Of a stretch of 64,000 nucleotides of DNA, positions 43,365 through 53,831 are shown piece after piece. The position numbers were made by a program, and so were the translations under genes. Within the stretch, counting starts at the first letter, position 1. Each line of letters opens with the position of its first letter. The notes under the pieces are model-generated. The model did no database searches. It saw only the letters and a program-made list of their open reading frames with translations, and was not told the DNA's origin. Source of the stretch: an uncultured Halobacteriales archaeon (GTDB lineage Archaea; Halobacteriota; Halobacteria; Halobacteriales; Hikarchaeaceae); contig CAZITY010000003.1 in assembly GCA_964542445.1 (NCBI GenBank), forward strand, positions 21,886 through 85,885. Direction: 5' to 3'.

Positions 43365-45743
43365 ATGACTTCCCTAGAGGCTGCGCCCGGTGAACGGGAT
43401 ATCGCCGAGGAACTCGCTGAAACCCAGCGGCAGATATCGATTGCTGAATTTTTCGAGAAGAACAAGCAAATGCTCGGGTTCGATAGTGCGGCTCGAGCAC
43501 TCATTACGACGGTGAAGGAAGCCGTTGATAATGCATTGGATGCAACGGAAGAAGCGGGTTTCCTCCCAGATATTTATGTTGAGATCAAAGAACACAATGA
43601 ATATTATACAGTTATTGTGGAAGATAATGGACCGGGGATTACGAAGGATCAAATTCCGAAAATATTTGGGAAGCTATTGTATGGGTCACGGTTTCACACG
43701 CGGGTGCAGGCTCGGGGGCAACAGGGAATTGGAATATCTGCTGCGGTGATGTATGCGCAATTGACGTCCGGGAAGCCAGCGAAAATCACGAGTCGAACGC
43801 CTTCGGGGGTTGATGCGGAGTATTTTGAATTGGTGATTGATACGGAGAATAACGAACCGGAGATTCAGGTTGCGGAGACGACATCGTGGGAGCGGCCACA
43901 TGGGACGCGGATTGAGATGCATCTAGAGGCGAATATGCGGGCGAGGTCGCAGTTGAAGGATTATATTTCGCATACAGCGATTGTGAATCCGCATGCGCGC
44001 ATTGAGCTCGTTGAGCCCGATGGATCGTTTAAAACGGATCGGGTGACAGATGAATTGCCGGCTGAGACGGAGGCAATTCGACCGCATCCGCATGGGGTTG
44101 AACTTGGGACGTTGATGAAGATGCTTGATGCGACGGATTCGTATTCGGTTTCTGGGTTTTTACAAGAGGAGTTCACTCGGGTGGGGAGTAAGACGGCTAG
44201 TGATTTGCTTGATGCGTTTCGGGATCGGTATTTCGGTCGAGAAATGGGGTGGTTGCCGGGCGTCGATCAGGATCAAGGGGTGTTTGAGGCGGTGGTTGTT
44301 TCGGCTGTTGCGAATAAATCGGCTGATGCGACGAGTACGTTTGCGGAGGGGGTTGCTGAAGAAGTGATGGGGCGGGAGGGGGTGTCTCATCATGGGTTGC
44401 GACAAATTGTTGCGAATGTCGCTGATTCTGTCGAAACTGATTTTAATACGACGTTTGGGGCGACGGTTCGGGAAAACACGACGAGTGCCGTGTGGGAGAA
44501 AATCACGGAAAATCGAGTTGATAATTTGTATCGGTTGCTTCGTGAGGCGATGAGTGAGCAGAAGAGTGATAGGGTTGTGCGGGGGATTGCGGAGCGGTTG
44601 GGGAGTAAATTCGAGGAGACTGACCGGGATCGGGTAACACGATCGGCGCTCCGTGATTTTGTTAATCGTGCGGCGGATATGACGGTTGAGCGTGATGATG
44701 CGACGATTGGTGACACAGCGCGGGAGACGATCGATGAAGTTGTATGGGGGGAGATGGAGACGGTTCCGGATGAGGTACCGAGTGTGCGGTCGGTTGCGGG
44801 TGATCGGGATGCAGCAGCCGCGTTATTAGAAGCGATGCGTTCGGTTGAGGTGATGGCGCCGCCGACTTCGTGTTTGGCGCCAATTAAGGCGGAATTGATT
44901 CGGGATGGGTTGGAAAAAGAGGTAGCGGCTGATTTTTACTCGTCCGTGACGCGGACGGCGGATGTGCATGGGGGCGATCCGTTTGTGGTTGAAGCTGGAA
45001 TCGCGTTCGGTGGGTCGTTGGAAGATGAGGGCCAAATTGACTTATTACGGTTCGCGAACCGGGTGCCACTCGTGTATCAACAGGGAGCGTGCGCGATCAC
45101 AGATGTTGTCCGGTCGATTGATTGGCGGAATTATAGTTTGGATCAATCGGGGGGGTCTGGGGTTCCGATGGGGCCGGCGATTGTGTTGGTTCACGTGGCG
45201 TCGACGAATGTGCCGTTTACGAGTGAATCGAAGGATGCGGTAGCGAATATTCCGGAGATTGAACACGAAATAGAGTTGGCGGTTCGTGATGTGGCGCGGG
45301 ATTTGAAATCGCATTTGAATGAGCGTCGGTCGCTGGAGAAGCGACGGGAGAAACAAACGGTTATTTCGGATATTTTACCGAAGATGGCGGAAAAAGTAGC
45401 GAGTGTGACAGAGCAAGATGAACCGAATGTGAATGGATCGTTGGCGAGAATAATGAATAACGTGCTGGTGAGTCGAGAGGTAATGGATGGGTATGTTGAG
45501 GTGGCCGTTCAGAATTATTCGGGGAGTGGTGTGTCGTTGGATGTGACCGAGATAGTGTCCTCGGAGCCAGATGAGGTGTCCGGTGGTACAGCAATCGATA
45601 TGGATGGTGAGTGGTTCATTCAGTGGTCGCCTGAAATCCCGAGCGGAGAAACGGTAACGCTCTCATACGTGGTGGCTGACGATTCGACATTCGATCTGGA
45701 TATTACGGGTGTTCCAGAGGAGAAACTAACGATCAAACAATGA
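43365..45743 (+). CDS. top6B: DNA topoisomerase VI subunit B
   Basis: GHKL/Bergerat ATPase motifs ([25 protein letters not shown]) plus transducer domain. The ATG at 43365 ([17 protein letters not shown]...) is preferred over the TTG at 43215. The stop overlaps the top6A start (ATGA). Confidence 0.9.
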   Translation: MTSLEAAPGERDIAEELAETQRQISIAEFFEKNKQMLGFDSAARALITTVKEAVDNALDATEEAGFLPDIYVEIKEHNEYYTVIVEDNGPGITKDQIPKIFGKLLYGSRFHTRVQARGQQGIGISAAVMYAQLTSGKPAKITSRTPSGVDAEYFELVIDTENNEPEIQVAETTSWERPHGTRIEMHLEANMRARSQLKDYISHTAIVNPHARIELVEPDGSFKTDRVTDELPAETEAIRPHPHGVELGTLMKMLDATDSYSVSGFLQEEFTRVGSKTASDLLDAFRDRYFGREMGWLPGVDQDQGVFEAVVVSAVANKSADATSTFAEGVAEEVMGREGVSHHGLRQIVANVADSVETDFNTTFGATVRENTTSAVWEKITENRVDNLYRLLREAMSEQKSDRVVRGIAERLGSKFEETDRDRVTRSALRDFVNRAADMTVERDDATIGDTARETIDEVVWGEMETVPDEVPSVRSVAGDRDAAAALLEAMRSVEVMAPPTSCLAPIKAELIRDGLEKEVAADFYSSVTRTADVHGGDPFVVEAGIAFGGSLEDEGQIDLLRFANRVPLVYQQGACAITDVVRSIDWRNYSLDQSGGSGVPMGPAIVLVHVASTNVPFTSESKDAVANIPEIEHEIELAVRDVARDLKSHLNERRSLEKRREKQTVISDILPKMAEKVASVTEQDEPNVNGSLARIMNNVLVSREVMDGYVEVAVQNYSGSGVSLDVTEIVSSEPDEVSGGTAIDMDGEWFIQWSPEIPSGETVTLSYVVADDSTFDLDITGVPEEKLTIKQ

Positions 45744-46825
45744 GTACTGATATTGATGCTCGGGAGGAGTTAATTGACTTGGCTGCACAGTTCTATGACC
45801 AAATTGAGGCAGGGGACATTCCGAATATGTCGTTGCCGACGCGGAGTAAGTCGAATATCGAGTACGATGAAGAGTTAGAGGTGTGGGTATATGGAGATCG
45901 ATCGACGACACGAAGCGCGAATACGGTTCGTGGCGCCCGGAAGTTATTGAAGGCGGCATACACGATTGAGTTTTTGGCAGATCAACTGGATGAGGACCGA
46001 TCGTCTACGCTCCGAGAGTTGTATTATTTATCGGAGAGTTGGAACGAGAAGGAAGCGAAATTCACTGATCAGGATGAGTCGAATCAGTTGATTGAGGATC
46101 TCGAGATTGTGAGTGCTGTGAAACGAGAGGATTTCCATATGCGGCCGGAAGAGTCGGGGGCGACGGTTATCGGGCCGATTGAGATTCGAGAGCAGACGCG
46201 GCGTGGGGAGCGCGAGATTCATTGTCAGGCGGATGTGGGAGAAGGGGGGTATCAGATCCCGAATAATCCGGATCAGATTGAGTTTTTATCGTGTGATGCT
46301 GATTTTGTGCTGGCGGTTGAGACTGGTGGGATGCGGGATCGTCTCGTTGAAAACGGGTTTGATGAGGAGCACGATGCGTTTGTTGTTCATTTGAAGGGAC
46401 AGCCGGCTCGGGCTACGAGACGATTGATTAAACGGTTGCATAATGAGCTTGGGTTGCCGATTGTGGTGTTTACTGATGGGGATCCGTGGTCGTATCGGAT
46501 TTTTGGTTCAGTTGCGTATGGGTCGATTAAGAGCGCGCACTTGAGTAACTATTTGGCGACGCCGGAAGCGCGGTTCGTGGGGATTCAACCGGACGATATT
46601 GTGGAATATGATTTGCCGACGGATCCGTTAGCGGATTCTGATATTAATGCGTTGGAGAACGAGTTAGAGGATCCGCGATTTCAGACGTCGTATTGGGAGG
46701 AACAAATTGAGTTACAGTTAGAGTTAGAGAAGAAAGCAGAGCAACAAGCGTTGGCAGCGCGTGGGTTGGATTTTGTGACGGATACCTATTTACCGGATCG
46801 GTTGGGAGAGATGGGGGTGCTCTAG
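45740..46825 (+). CDS. top6A: DNA topoisomerase VI subunit A (Spo11 homologue)
   Basis: 361 aa. CAP/winged-helix region with catalytic Tyr and a Toprim domain (LAVETGGM...[10 protein letters not shown]). Confidence 0.9.
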   Translation: MSTDIDAREELIDLAAQFYDQIEAGDIPNMSLPTRSKSNIEYDEELEVWVYGDRSTTRSANTVRGARKLLKAAYTIEFLADQLDEDRSSTLRELYYLSESWNEKEAKFTDQDESNQLIEDLEIVSAVKREDFHMRPEESGATVIGPIEIREQTRRGEREIHCQADVGEGGYQIPNNPDQIEFLSCDADFVLAVETGGMRDRLVENGFDEEHDAFVVHLKGQPARATRRLIKRLHNELGLPIVVFTDGDPWSYRIFGSVAYGSIKSAHLSNYLATPEARFVGIQPDDIVEYDLPTDPLADSDINALENELEDPRFQTSYWEEQIELQLELEKKAEQQALAARGLDFVTDTYLPDRLGEMGVL

Positions 46826-47601
46826 GGGCTTGTTGGGTGTTCGTCGAGGGCGACTGGGATGGCGCGGTTAGCGATGTCGCTTGCGAAGGCGGGTGAGTTC
46901 GCTTCGAGTGCGGGAAAGGTGTTATAGTGAATTGGGACGACGAGTTCTGGGGTCAGTGTGGAGGCGAGTTCTGCTGCGTCGTGTCGGTTCATTGTGTAAC
47001 TTTTAGCGATTGAGGGGAGGAGGATGTCGACGGCGAGGTCGGTGTGTTCATGGATGACGTCTGAGTCGCCTGGCCAGAAGCAGGTGGTGTTATCGAGTGT
47101 GATGAGGAAGCCGCAGCCGAGACCGCGTGGATGGAGCGGTTTGCCGTTGTTGGTGTTTCCCCAGGGACCGTCTCGTTTGTTGTAAGCTGGTGTTGCGGTG
47201 ATGGTGGTTTCGTTATGAGTGAATGTGTCGTTGTAACTGATTCGTTCGGTGTTGTATGGGAGGGTGTCTGGGTTCGGGACGGTTCGGTCGTTGTTATTGA
47301 TACGTTCGTGATTGATGCCTTCGTACGCGATGACGATTGTGTTCTCGTTGGCGACGCGGTGGATACCGTCAGGATCGTAGTGGTGGTCATGGGTGATGAC
47401 GACGATATCAGCATCATTGGGGTTGAGAGGTTCGTAGTTTGGGTGATTTGTGTTTGTGGTTCCGGTCGTTGCTGGCCAACTGCCAGAGAGGACACCGTAT
47501 CTGCCGGGGTCAGTGTAAACGGTTGGGCCGGTCGGTGTGGTGAGTTTGGTTGTGGCGTACCCGTACCAGGTGATCGACAGGTTGGGGTGGTGGATAGTCA
47601 T
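46822..47601 (-). CDS. metallo-beta-lactamase-fold hydrolase with Thr/Asn/His-rich low-complexity inserts
   Basis: HxHxDH motif ([13 protein letters not shown]) plus downstream His/Asp ligands. The ATG at 47601 ([16 protein letters not shown]) is preferred. The TTG at 47736 would add 45 aa. Confidence 0.65.
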   Translation of the reverse strand: MTIHHPNLSITWYGYATTKLTTPTGPTVYTDPGRYGVLSGSWPATTGTTNTNHPNYEPLNPNDADIVVITHDHHYDPDGIHRVANENTIVIAYEGINHERINNNDRTVPNPDTLPYNTERISYNDTFTHNETTITATPAYNKRDGPWGNTNNGKPLHPRGLGCGFLITLDNTTCFWPGDSDVIHEHTDLAVDILLPSIAKSYTMNRHDAAELASTLTPELVVPIHYNTFPALEANSPAFASDIANRAIPVALDEHPTSP

Positions 47602-47742
47602 GCTGTGGTTATTGGCGTGGGGGATAGTAAGGTCATTCGGCGGGTCGGGATGATTGAATGTGGATGATTCGGTGGATGCCCTGAGTTTACGGTAGCAATC
47701 AAATACAAGGTAACGAGTGATACGGGGGGTATTCAATAATTA

Positions 47743-48137
47743 GTGGAACCCCGGAATGATACCACTAACTTCGAATGGTTTATTGAAACCGTCGGGAGCG
47801 GGAATCCACACCGGATGCACTTTTCCGTGTGGCAAGGTGGGGTGAGTCAAGATGGAGTGAAATCAGACGGTCTGAATAACGGGAAACACAGATTGTTGTC
47901 GGTGCGTATGACGGGAATGCCCTTGATTTGTATCTAAACGGGACTTCTGTCGGATCGAAGTCTATCTCGGGAGATGTTGAGATGGGAGCGTTGTATCTTG
48001 GGGCCGATGCAGTTGGAGCAACAACGCAGCATCTTGAAGGTGAAATTTACCAGTTCCGATTGTACTACACGGCGTTTATTGAGAATGAAGTGAAGATGTT
48101 GACGACAGTTGTGGAAGCGGAGGCAGAAGCTGAATGA
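47743..48137 (+). pseudogene. frameshifted fragment of a LamG/concanavalin-A-like lectin-domain gene
   Basis: Two adjacent-frame ORFs read as ...FSVWQGG...DGLNNGKH // QIVVGAYDGNALDLYLNGTSVGSKSISG...GALYLGAD...GEIYQFRLYYTAF, the hallmark C-terminal strands of a LamG domain. Frames switch at ~47885-47889. The N-terminal part of the domain is absent. Confidence 0.55.
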
Positions 48138-48228
48138 TTCGTTAGTGGTAGTGAGTGCTGGGGGCGAGTGGTCCGCATGATAATGTGGTGTCGAGGATTT
48201 CAAGAGTCCGCCATTCGTAATAAGTTGT

Positions 48229-49785
48229 ATGGATCGCGGGGTCATTGTTGAAGAGACCACGGAAATACTGGATGAAGATCCGGATTCCTTTCAAGAAGGT
48301 GTCGCAGCAGATGCGGAGGTGATCAAGGACGAAGTTGAGGCGGGAACGTTCAATAATCCCCAAGGGATTATTGGGTTGGAATATGAGTTTTACGCCGTTT
48401 CCGATAAAGGGTCGACCTCGCGGGTGGCTCCCGATCGTGAGCCGGATAAAACGATGGGGACGTTGATGCGTGTGCCGCGGAATGTGTTGTCGTATATTGG
48501 GTTTGAAAAGGAGCTCGGGTTGCATAATGCCGAAATGAACACGAGTCCGCAGCCGATGAACCCGTATGGATTGAACGCGCAGTACTCGGAAGTGAGTGCG
48601 CGGTTGTCGGCGGCGCTACAGAGTTTACAACCAGAAGGGATCCGGTTGGTGAGCGATGGGATGTTCACGATACCTCCTCCGGGTGAGACGGCGAGTTCGT
48701 ATTTGACTGATAGTGTCGAGGATCAAGGAGTGCGGATTGCGACGAATATGAGTGATTCAGCTCGGTATCATGCGATGGCGAACACGGACACGCCGGCAGG
48801 GATGCAGATTGATGCTCCGAACGTTCATTTGGAGGCTGATACGGTCATGCCTGAAAGTCTGATTACGTCAATTCAACCGCATTATCAGGTTCCTCACGCG
48901 GATGATTTACCTTCGTATTTTGATTATGCGGTTCGGATCGCCGGTCCACTCCTTGCTCTTGGTGTGAATTCGCCGTTTTTCCCGCCGGATTTGTATGACG
49001 CGGATGCTTCCCCGAGACAAATTCTGGATGAGGCGTGGTTAGAACATCGCATTAGCGTTTTTGAAACGTCGTTGAATACGGCAGCGGTTCAAAAGGTGCG
49101 GTTCCCGCGGGATTTGTCGTCAACGGAAGAAGCAGTTGATCGGATTGTGGAGGACGAAACATTCGTTCCGCTACCGGTTGAGACGGGAGATCGGTTTGAG
49201 GACCGGTTCGCGTATTTCCGTGCGAAGCACGGGACGTATTGGCGGTGGGTTAGACCGGTGTTCGGCGGGTCGACGCGGGCGTCGGCGCATGCACGAATTG
49301 AATTTCGCCCGATTGCAGCGCAACCGACCGTGTTAGATTCGGTCTCGTTTCAGGCGGCGTTTGCTGGGTTATTGGAGCGGATGCACGCGGATAATCATCC
49401 GGTTCGTGAGTTAGATTGGGAGGACGCGAAGACGAATTTTTATGCGGCGATGAAGCATGGGTTGGAGGCTGAATTGAGTTGGATTACGTCGAGAGGCGAA
49501 CCAACGATGCAACGTGAACGGATTTTCCAGGATATTTTGGAGACGGCCGCGGATGGATTACGGGCGAGAAATTTCAGTGAAGCAGAGGTTGGGAAGTTTC
49601 TTGGGCCGTTGCGGGGTCGCTCGCGGTTAGCGATGACACCGGGTAGGTGGAAGCTAAAAACGGTGGGTGGGTTATTGAATGATGGGGCTGAGTTCTCGGA
49701 TGCGGTGACGGAAATGCAACGCGAGTATATTAATCGGCAACGTGACTCGTTGTTTACTGGGTCGTTCACTGACTGGATCTCGTAG
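48229..49785 (+). CDS. carboxylate-amine ligase, glutamate--cysteine ligase family 2 (GCS2/YbdK-like, possible gamma-glutamylcysteine synthetase)
   Basis: 518 aa. N-terminal GIIGLEYEF motif typical of GCS2. Acidic. ATG start. Confidence 0.65.
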   Translation: MDRGVIVEETTEILDEDPDSFQEGVAADAEVIKDEVEAGTFNNPQGIIGLEYEFYAVSDKGSTSRVAPDREPDKTMGTLMRVPRNVLSYIGFEKELGLHNAEMNTSPQPMNPYGLNAQYSEVSARLSAALQSLQPEGIRLVSDGMFTIPPPGETASSYLTDSVEDQGVRIATNMSDSARYHAMANTDTPAGMQIDAPNVHLEADTVMPESLITSIQPHYQVPHADDLPSYFDYAVRIAGPLLALGVNSPFFPPDLYDADASPRQILDEAWLEHRISVFETSLNTAAVQKVRFPRDLSSTEEAVDRIVEDETFVPLPVETGDRFEDRFAYFRAKHGTYWRWVRPVFGGSTRASAHARIEFRPIAAQPTVLDSVSFQAAFAGLLERMHADNHPVRELDWEDAKTNFYAAMKHGLEAELSWITSRGEPTMQRERIFQDILETAADGLRARNFSEAEVGKFLGPLRGRSRLAMTPGRWKLKTVGGLLNDGAEFSDAVTEMQREYINRQRDSLFTGSFTDWIS

Positions 49786-49816
49786 AAGGTTGGTTTGGGT
49801 AAGTCGGTAGTTAGAG

Positions 49817-50545
49817 TTAGATAACGTCGTCGAAGTCTTTGTGTCCGTGGATATCGACACCGTCGTCGGTGACTTCTGCGAGGAATATCCCGTCTCCACT
49901 ACCGGTGTCTCGTTCGATGGCGCTGTGTACAGCGTGGGCGGCGATTTGTGAGCCTTCTTCGGTACTGAGGTCCTCTTCGTATTCTTGTTCAAGTACTCCG
50001 TAGGCGAGTTGCATGCCGCTCCCGGTTACGGTATAGTTGTCTTGCATTACGCCGCCAGCGACGTCTAGACTGAAGACATGGTGGCCTTCTTTATCGACGC
50101 CGCCGAGGATCGGGGAGACGTAGAAGAATGGACCGCCGCGGAGAAAGTTCCCGGCCAATGTTGCAAGGGCGTTAATTGTCATGTCTTTACCGCGTCGGGT
50201 TTCGAAGAGGTTCGATTCGATTCGGAGTGATCGGATGAACGATTGGGCGCCACCTACGGATCCGGCCATGGTGATGGCTGCGCGGGGGTGTATTTGTTCG
50301 ACTTTTTGGACATCTTTGTTCGAGACAAATCGGCCGCCGAGGCTCGCTCGCATGTCGGTGGCGAGAATTACTCCGTCTGCAGTTGTGAGGCCCACGGTCG
50401 TGGTTCCGGTTTTATTTATGTTTTCGAGGTCTGCTTCGGTGAGGTTACTGTCAGGTACTTCGCCGAGTTCAGGAGCGTATGGTGATTTATTTGTGTGTTG
50501 TTGGGCGAATTGGTTGTGTGTGGGTTCGTTTGGTGGCGATTGCAT
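49817..50545 (-). CDS. psmB: proteasome subunit beta (with propeptide)
   Basis: Ntn-hydrolase motif GTTTVGLTTADGVILATD following a ~48-aa propeptide. 242 aa. Confidence 0.9.
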   Translation of the reverse strand: MQSPPNEPTHNQFAQQHTNKSPYAPELGEVPDSNLTEADLENINKTGTTTVGLTTADGVILATDMRASLGGRFVSNKDVQKVEQIHPRAAITMAGSVGGAQSFIRSLRIESNLFETRRGKDMTINALATLAGNFLRGGPFFYVSPILGGVDKEGHHVFSLDVAGGVMQDNYTVTGSGMQLAYGVLEQEYEEDLSTEEGSQIAAHAVHSAIERDTGSGDGIFLAEVTDDGVDIHGHKDFDDVI

Positions 50546-51126
50546 TATAGTGGATATGCCGTTCTCAGTGCATAAATGCCCAGTGATTGGATCAGTTTAA
50601 CTGCTACTGATTACGAGAGAATCAGGACGAGTGTGAGCGGAGGAGCGAAGTTATTGATTATTGGTTTGTGCTGCGTTCTCGAGGCGGTTGATGAGTCGAT
50701 GAATGGGGACGGTGAGACCGCTTTGTTTCGCGAGGATCGCGATGGGGAGGAAGATGATTCCGAGGATGATTGCGAGGTGGTAGAGCAGGATGAGTACGGT
50801 GCGGTTGATCGGTTCTATCATTGCAGTCGTGTATCCTCGGGTGAGTTACTTGGGGTATTTAAGTATTTCTTTATTTTTATCATTGTTTATAACTAGCTTT
50901 GTTGGCTTGGTGGTATCGCTGTTTGGTGGTTTTGTGATTTAGGCAGGTGGGAGGAGTGGAGTCTAGTTGTGGGGCTCTGTATGGGGGACGATGGGTGTCG
51001 GTGATCCTTGTGTGATAGATAAGTTATCTCCATTATCGTTATTACGTGCGCAACTCTAGGGTAGGTTTTGGGTTGTCTCGGGGGTAAATCACAAAGCACG
51101 AGAGTCCGCGCACCAATACTAATGGT

Positions 51127-51513
51127 ATGAGTAATTATCTCGTCGTGATGGAGGCGGCTTGGTTGGTCCGCGATGTAGAAAGTGTTGATGACGCGATCGG
51201 TGTTGCTATTAGTGAAGCCGGGAAGCGACTGAATGATCAGGGTCTTGAGTATGTAGATGTGGAGGTTGGGCTCGCGAATTGTCCGGCGTGTGGTGAACCG
51301 TTTGATGCGGGATTCATAGCGGCGAGTACCTCACTCGTAGGGTTGGTACTTGAGATGAAGGTTTTTAATGCGGAGAGTAATGATCATGCGTCGCGGATTG
51401 CGAAAAGTGAGGTTGGTGGGGCGTTACGGGATGTCCCGATAGACATAGTGGAGACGGTTGAGTATGAGGAGGACGAAGAAGTAAAATTCAGTAAGGAGCA
51501 AGAAGCAACGTAG
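51127..51513 (+). CDS. conserved archaeal protein of the UPF0212/DUF555 family (CPxCG metal-binding)
   Basis: 128 aa. MSNYLVVMEAAWLVRDV...CPACGEPF pattern typical of this archaea-specific family. Confidence 0.65.
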   Translation: MSNYLVVMEAAWLVRDVESVDDAIGVAISEAGKRLNDQGLEYVDVEVGLANCPACGEPFDAGFIAASTSLVGLVLEMKVFNAESNDHASRIAKSEVGGALRDVPIDIVETVEYEEDEEVKFSKEQEAT

Positions 51514-51589
51514 TCGGATGGCTGTCTAGGCGACGGGGGTGGTTGGTATGCGCGGTACACTTATGTGATAACCACTGGTTATTACTTAT

Positions 51590-52138
51590 ATGGATTTACC
51601 GACGCCACAGGATCTCCGCACTCGTCGGACGGATCTCGAGTTAACCCAGAGTGAACTCGCCAAACGAGCCGGGGTTTCTCAGCCGTTGATTGCACGGATT
51701 GAGGGTGGTGATGTCGATCCCCGGTTGTCGACGCTTCGGCGAATTGTGAATGCACTAGAAGAAGCTGCAGGAGGTGTCGTTCGTGCGGAGGATTTGATGC
51801 ACGAGACGGTGATTAGTATTGCGCCTACGGATACGGTTCATGATGCCGTCAAAAAAATGCAACACGAGGGGTATTCTCAGTTACCGGTTATCGAGAACGG
51901 GACGCCACTCGGGTCGCTCAGTGAGGGTGACGTTATTCGCGCGCGCGAATCCGATTCTGATGTCGGGGATTTACCGGTTCGAGAAATCATGAGTGAGAGC
52001 TTCCCCACGGTGGGACGGAGCGCAACGCTAGATGAAATATCGAATTTACTGGATCACTATAAGGCGGTGTTAGTGACCGCAGAGGGGAATACTGTCGGGA
52101 TCATTACCGAGGCTGATGTGGCTGCGTATTTATCCTAA
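51590..52138 (+). CDS. HTH (XRE-type) transcription regulator with C-terminal CBS-domain pair
   Basis: N-terminal [24 protein letters not shown]. Two CBS-like segments ([31 protein letters not shown]... and [25 protein letters not shown]). Confidence 0.8.
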   Translation: MDLPTPQDLRTRRTDLELTQSELAKRAGVSQPLIARIEGGDVDPRLSTLRRIVNALEEAAGGVVRAEDLMHETVISIAPTDTVHDAVKKMQHEGYSQLPVIENGTPLGSLSEGDVIRARESDSDVGDLPVREIMSESFPTVGRSATLDEISNLLDHYKAVLVTAEGNTVGIITEADVAAYLS

Positions 52139-52162
52139 CCAACCCCGTTTGGACGCCTAGAT

Positions 52163-53131
52163 TCAGTCGAGAGTTACGTCGGGTGTGTGAATGCCGGATC
52201 CGTGAGAAACTTCGCCGATTATCTCACCATCAGTAGCCGAAACAAGTGCCTTCGCGTTGGCTTCCGGGATGGTTGCGGCAAATCCCAGGCCCATATTAAA
52301 TGTCCGATACATTTCGCGGGTCGAAATATTGCCAACTGATTGAATGAATTCAAAGATACGTGGGACGGACGGGGGGTTTGTGATGGTGTACTGATGGTCG
52401 CCAAGTCTCGATAGATTTGTCCAACCACCACCGGTTATGTGGGCAGCGCCTGTCACCGGGTGTGTGTGGAGAGGGTCGTGTAAGTCAGTGTAAATGCGAG
52501 TTGGACGAAGGAGTTCGTCGCCAATGGTGTGCTCTGTTTCCGGGAATGGATCGGTGTATGCGTAAGATTGCGTGATGGCTTTTCGTGCGAGCGTGAGGCC
52601 ATTTGAATGAATCCCATTTGAGTCCCACCCTACGATTTTATCACTCGGTGTTGCTGTTCCGTCAAACACAGCGTCCTTTTGCGTTATACCGAGGCAGGCG
52701 CCAGCGAGGTCGAATCCCCGGATGACATCTGGCATGACGGCCGTTTCACCTCCAACCAAATTGACTGAAGCCTCTTCTGCCCCGACGGCCAGTCCCTCTC
52801 CGATTGCTTCCGTTAATTCGTCGTCAGGTGATTCGATGGCGAGGTAATCAACGAAAGCTACGGGCTTGAACCCCGCGGCAACGAGGTCGTTCACGTTCAT
52901 CGCGATGCAATCAATCCCGATCGTTGAATACTCATCAATCGCAGCTGCGACTAGGAGTTTCGTTCCGACGCCATCGGTCGTTAACGCGAGATATCGGTCT
53001 CCAATGTCGATGAACCCAGCGTACGCGTCAGTATCGATGTCACGGACTGAATTAATAAGCGCGGCAGTTGCTTCCTCACTCGCACCGATATCAACACCGG
53101 CCTTTGCGTACGTGAGTTCCTCCTCACCCAT
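52163..53131 (-). CDS. purM: phosphoribosylformylglycinamidine cyclo-ligase (AIR synthetase)
   Basis: 322 aa. YAKAGVDIGA N-terminal motif and PurM N/C domain pattern. Confidence 0.9.
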   Translation of the reverse strand: MGEEELTYAKAGVDIGASEEATAALINSVRDIDTDAYAGFIDIGDRYLALTTDGVGTKLLVAAAIDEYSTIGIDCIAMNVNDLVAAGFKPVAFVDYLAIESPDDELTEAIGEGLAVGAEEASVNLVGGETAVMPDVIRGFDLAGACLGITQKDAVFDGTATPSDKIVGWDSNGIHSNGLTLARKAITQSYAYTDPFPETEHTIGDELLRPTRIYTDLHDPLHTHPVTGAAHITGGGWTNLSRLGDHQYTITNPPSVPRIFEFIQSVGNISTREMYRTFNMGLGFAATIPEANAKALVSATDGEIIGEVSHGSGIHTPDVTLD

Positions 53132-53169
53132 GCATAGTCAGCCGAGTGGGGGTCGCAAAAGCCCACCGT

Positions 53170-53829
53170 TCAACTAATTATCCACCCGATAACTAATCCG
53201 ACACTCGTCAAAAACACTAGGCCGAACACGATGGGATCCCAGTCGAGAACTTTGTTACCATCGAGCGGTCCGAACGGCAGCATGTTGAACGCTGCAAGGA
53301 AGAGATTAATGAGAACGCCAAATTGACCGACTTGCCCGAAGAACCCCGGGAGAAACACTAAGGGGAAAAACAGGACCGCGAGACATAGATTGGTGACGGG
53401 CCCGGCGATGGCAATGAGTCCGTTTTCTCGCTCCGTGATGACACCACGGTGATATACCGCGCCTGGTGCTGCGAACAAAAATCCCGCTAGACCAGAGGCA
53501 ATCGCTAACCCAAGCATCGCGTAATCCGCTTTAAATTCCGCAGACTGCCCGAACCATACAGCTACAATTTTGTGCGCGATTTCATGGAGTAAAAATCCCA
53601 CTCCGACGGTCAAAAGACTAATCGCGAACGTATTGAAAAGCGGTGTGAGCGAGGTAGTGACGTTCGGCGCGAAGAGAATTGCCGTAACATCACGGTTCAA
53701 AAACAACGTGAATGCGACCCCTAACGCCACCCACGCCAGCAATAAATCCTTTACTTCTTGTTGACTGAAGGACACGGCTTCGCGTAAGCCGCGACCGCTC
53801 GAGGTCTCGATGGTTAATGGTCGATTCAT
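53170..53829 (-). CDS. M50-family (site-2 protease-like) membrane zinc metallopeptidase
   Basis: HEIAH (HExxH) inside a TM helix and a downstream LDG motif. 219 aa, multi-TM. Confidence 0.75.
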   Translation of the reverse strand: MNRPLTIETSSGRGLREAVSFSQQEVKDLLLAWVALGVAFTLFLNRDVTAILFAPNVTTSLTPLFNTFAISLLTVGVGFLLHEIAHKIVAVWFGQSAEFKADYAMLGLAIASGLAGFLFAAPGAVYHRGVITERENGLIAIAGPVTNLCLAVLFFPLVFLPGFFGQVGQFGVLINLFLAAFNMLPFGPLDGNKVLDWDPIVFGLVFLTSVGLVIGWIIS

Positions 53830-53831
53830 AC

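Noticed and set aside
47131-47667. 178-aa plus-strand ORF (V/G/D-rich) and a 168-aa minus-strand alternative frame inside the MBL hydrolase locus
   Set aside because: The minus-strand frame with the HxHxDH motif is the real gene. These are frame shadows created by the biased composition.
50576-50896. 106-aa hyper-acidic plus-strand ORF upstream of psmB
   Set aside because: Its acidity looks like the mirror of a hydrophobic antisense ORF. Neither can be confirmed. Kept only as a finding, not as a feature.
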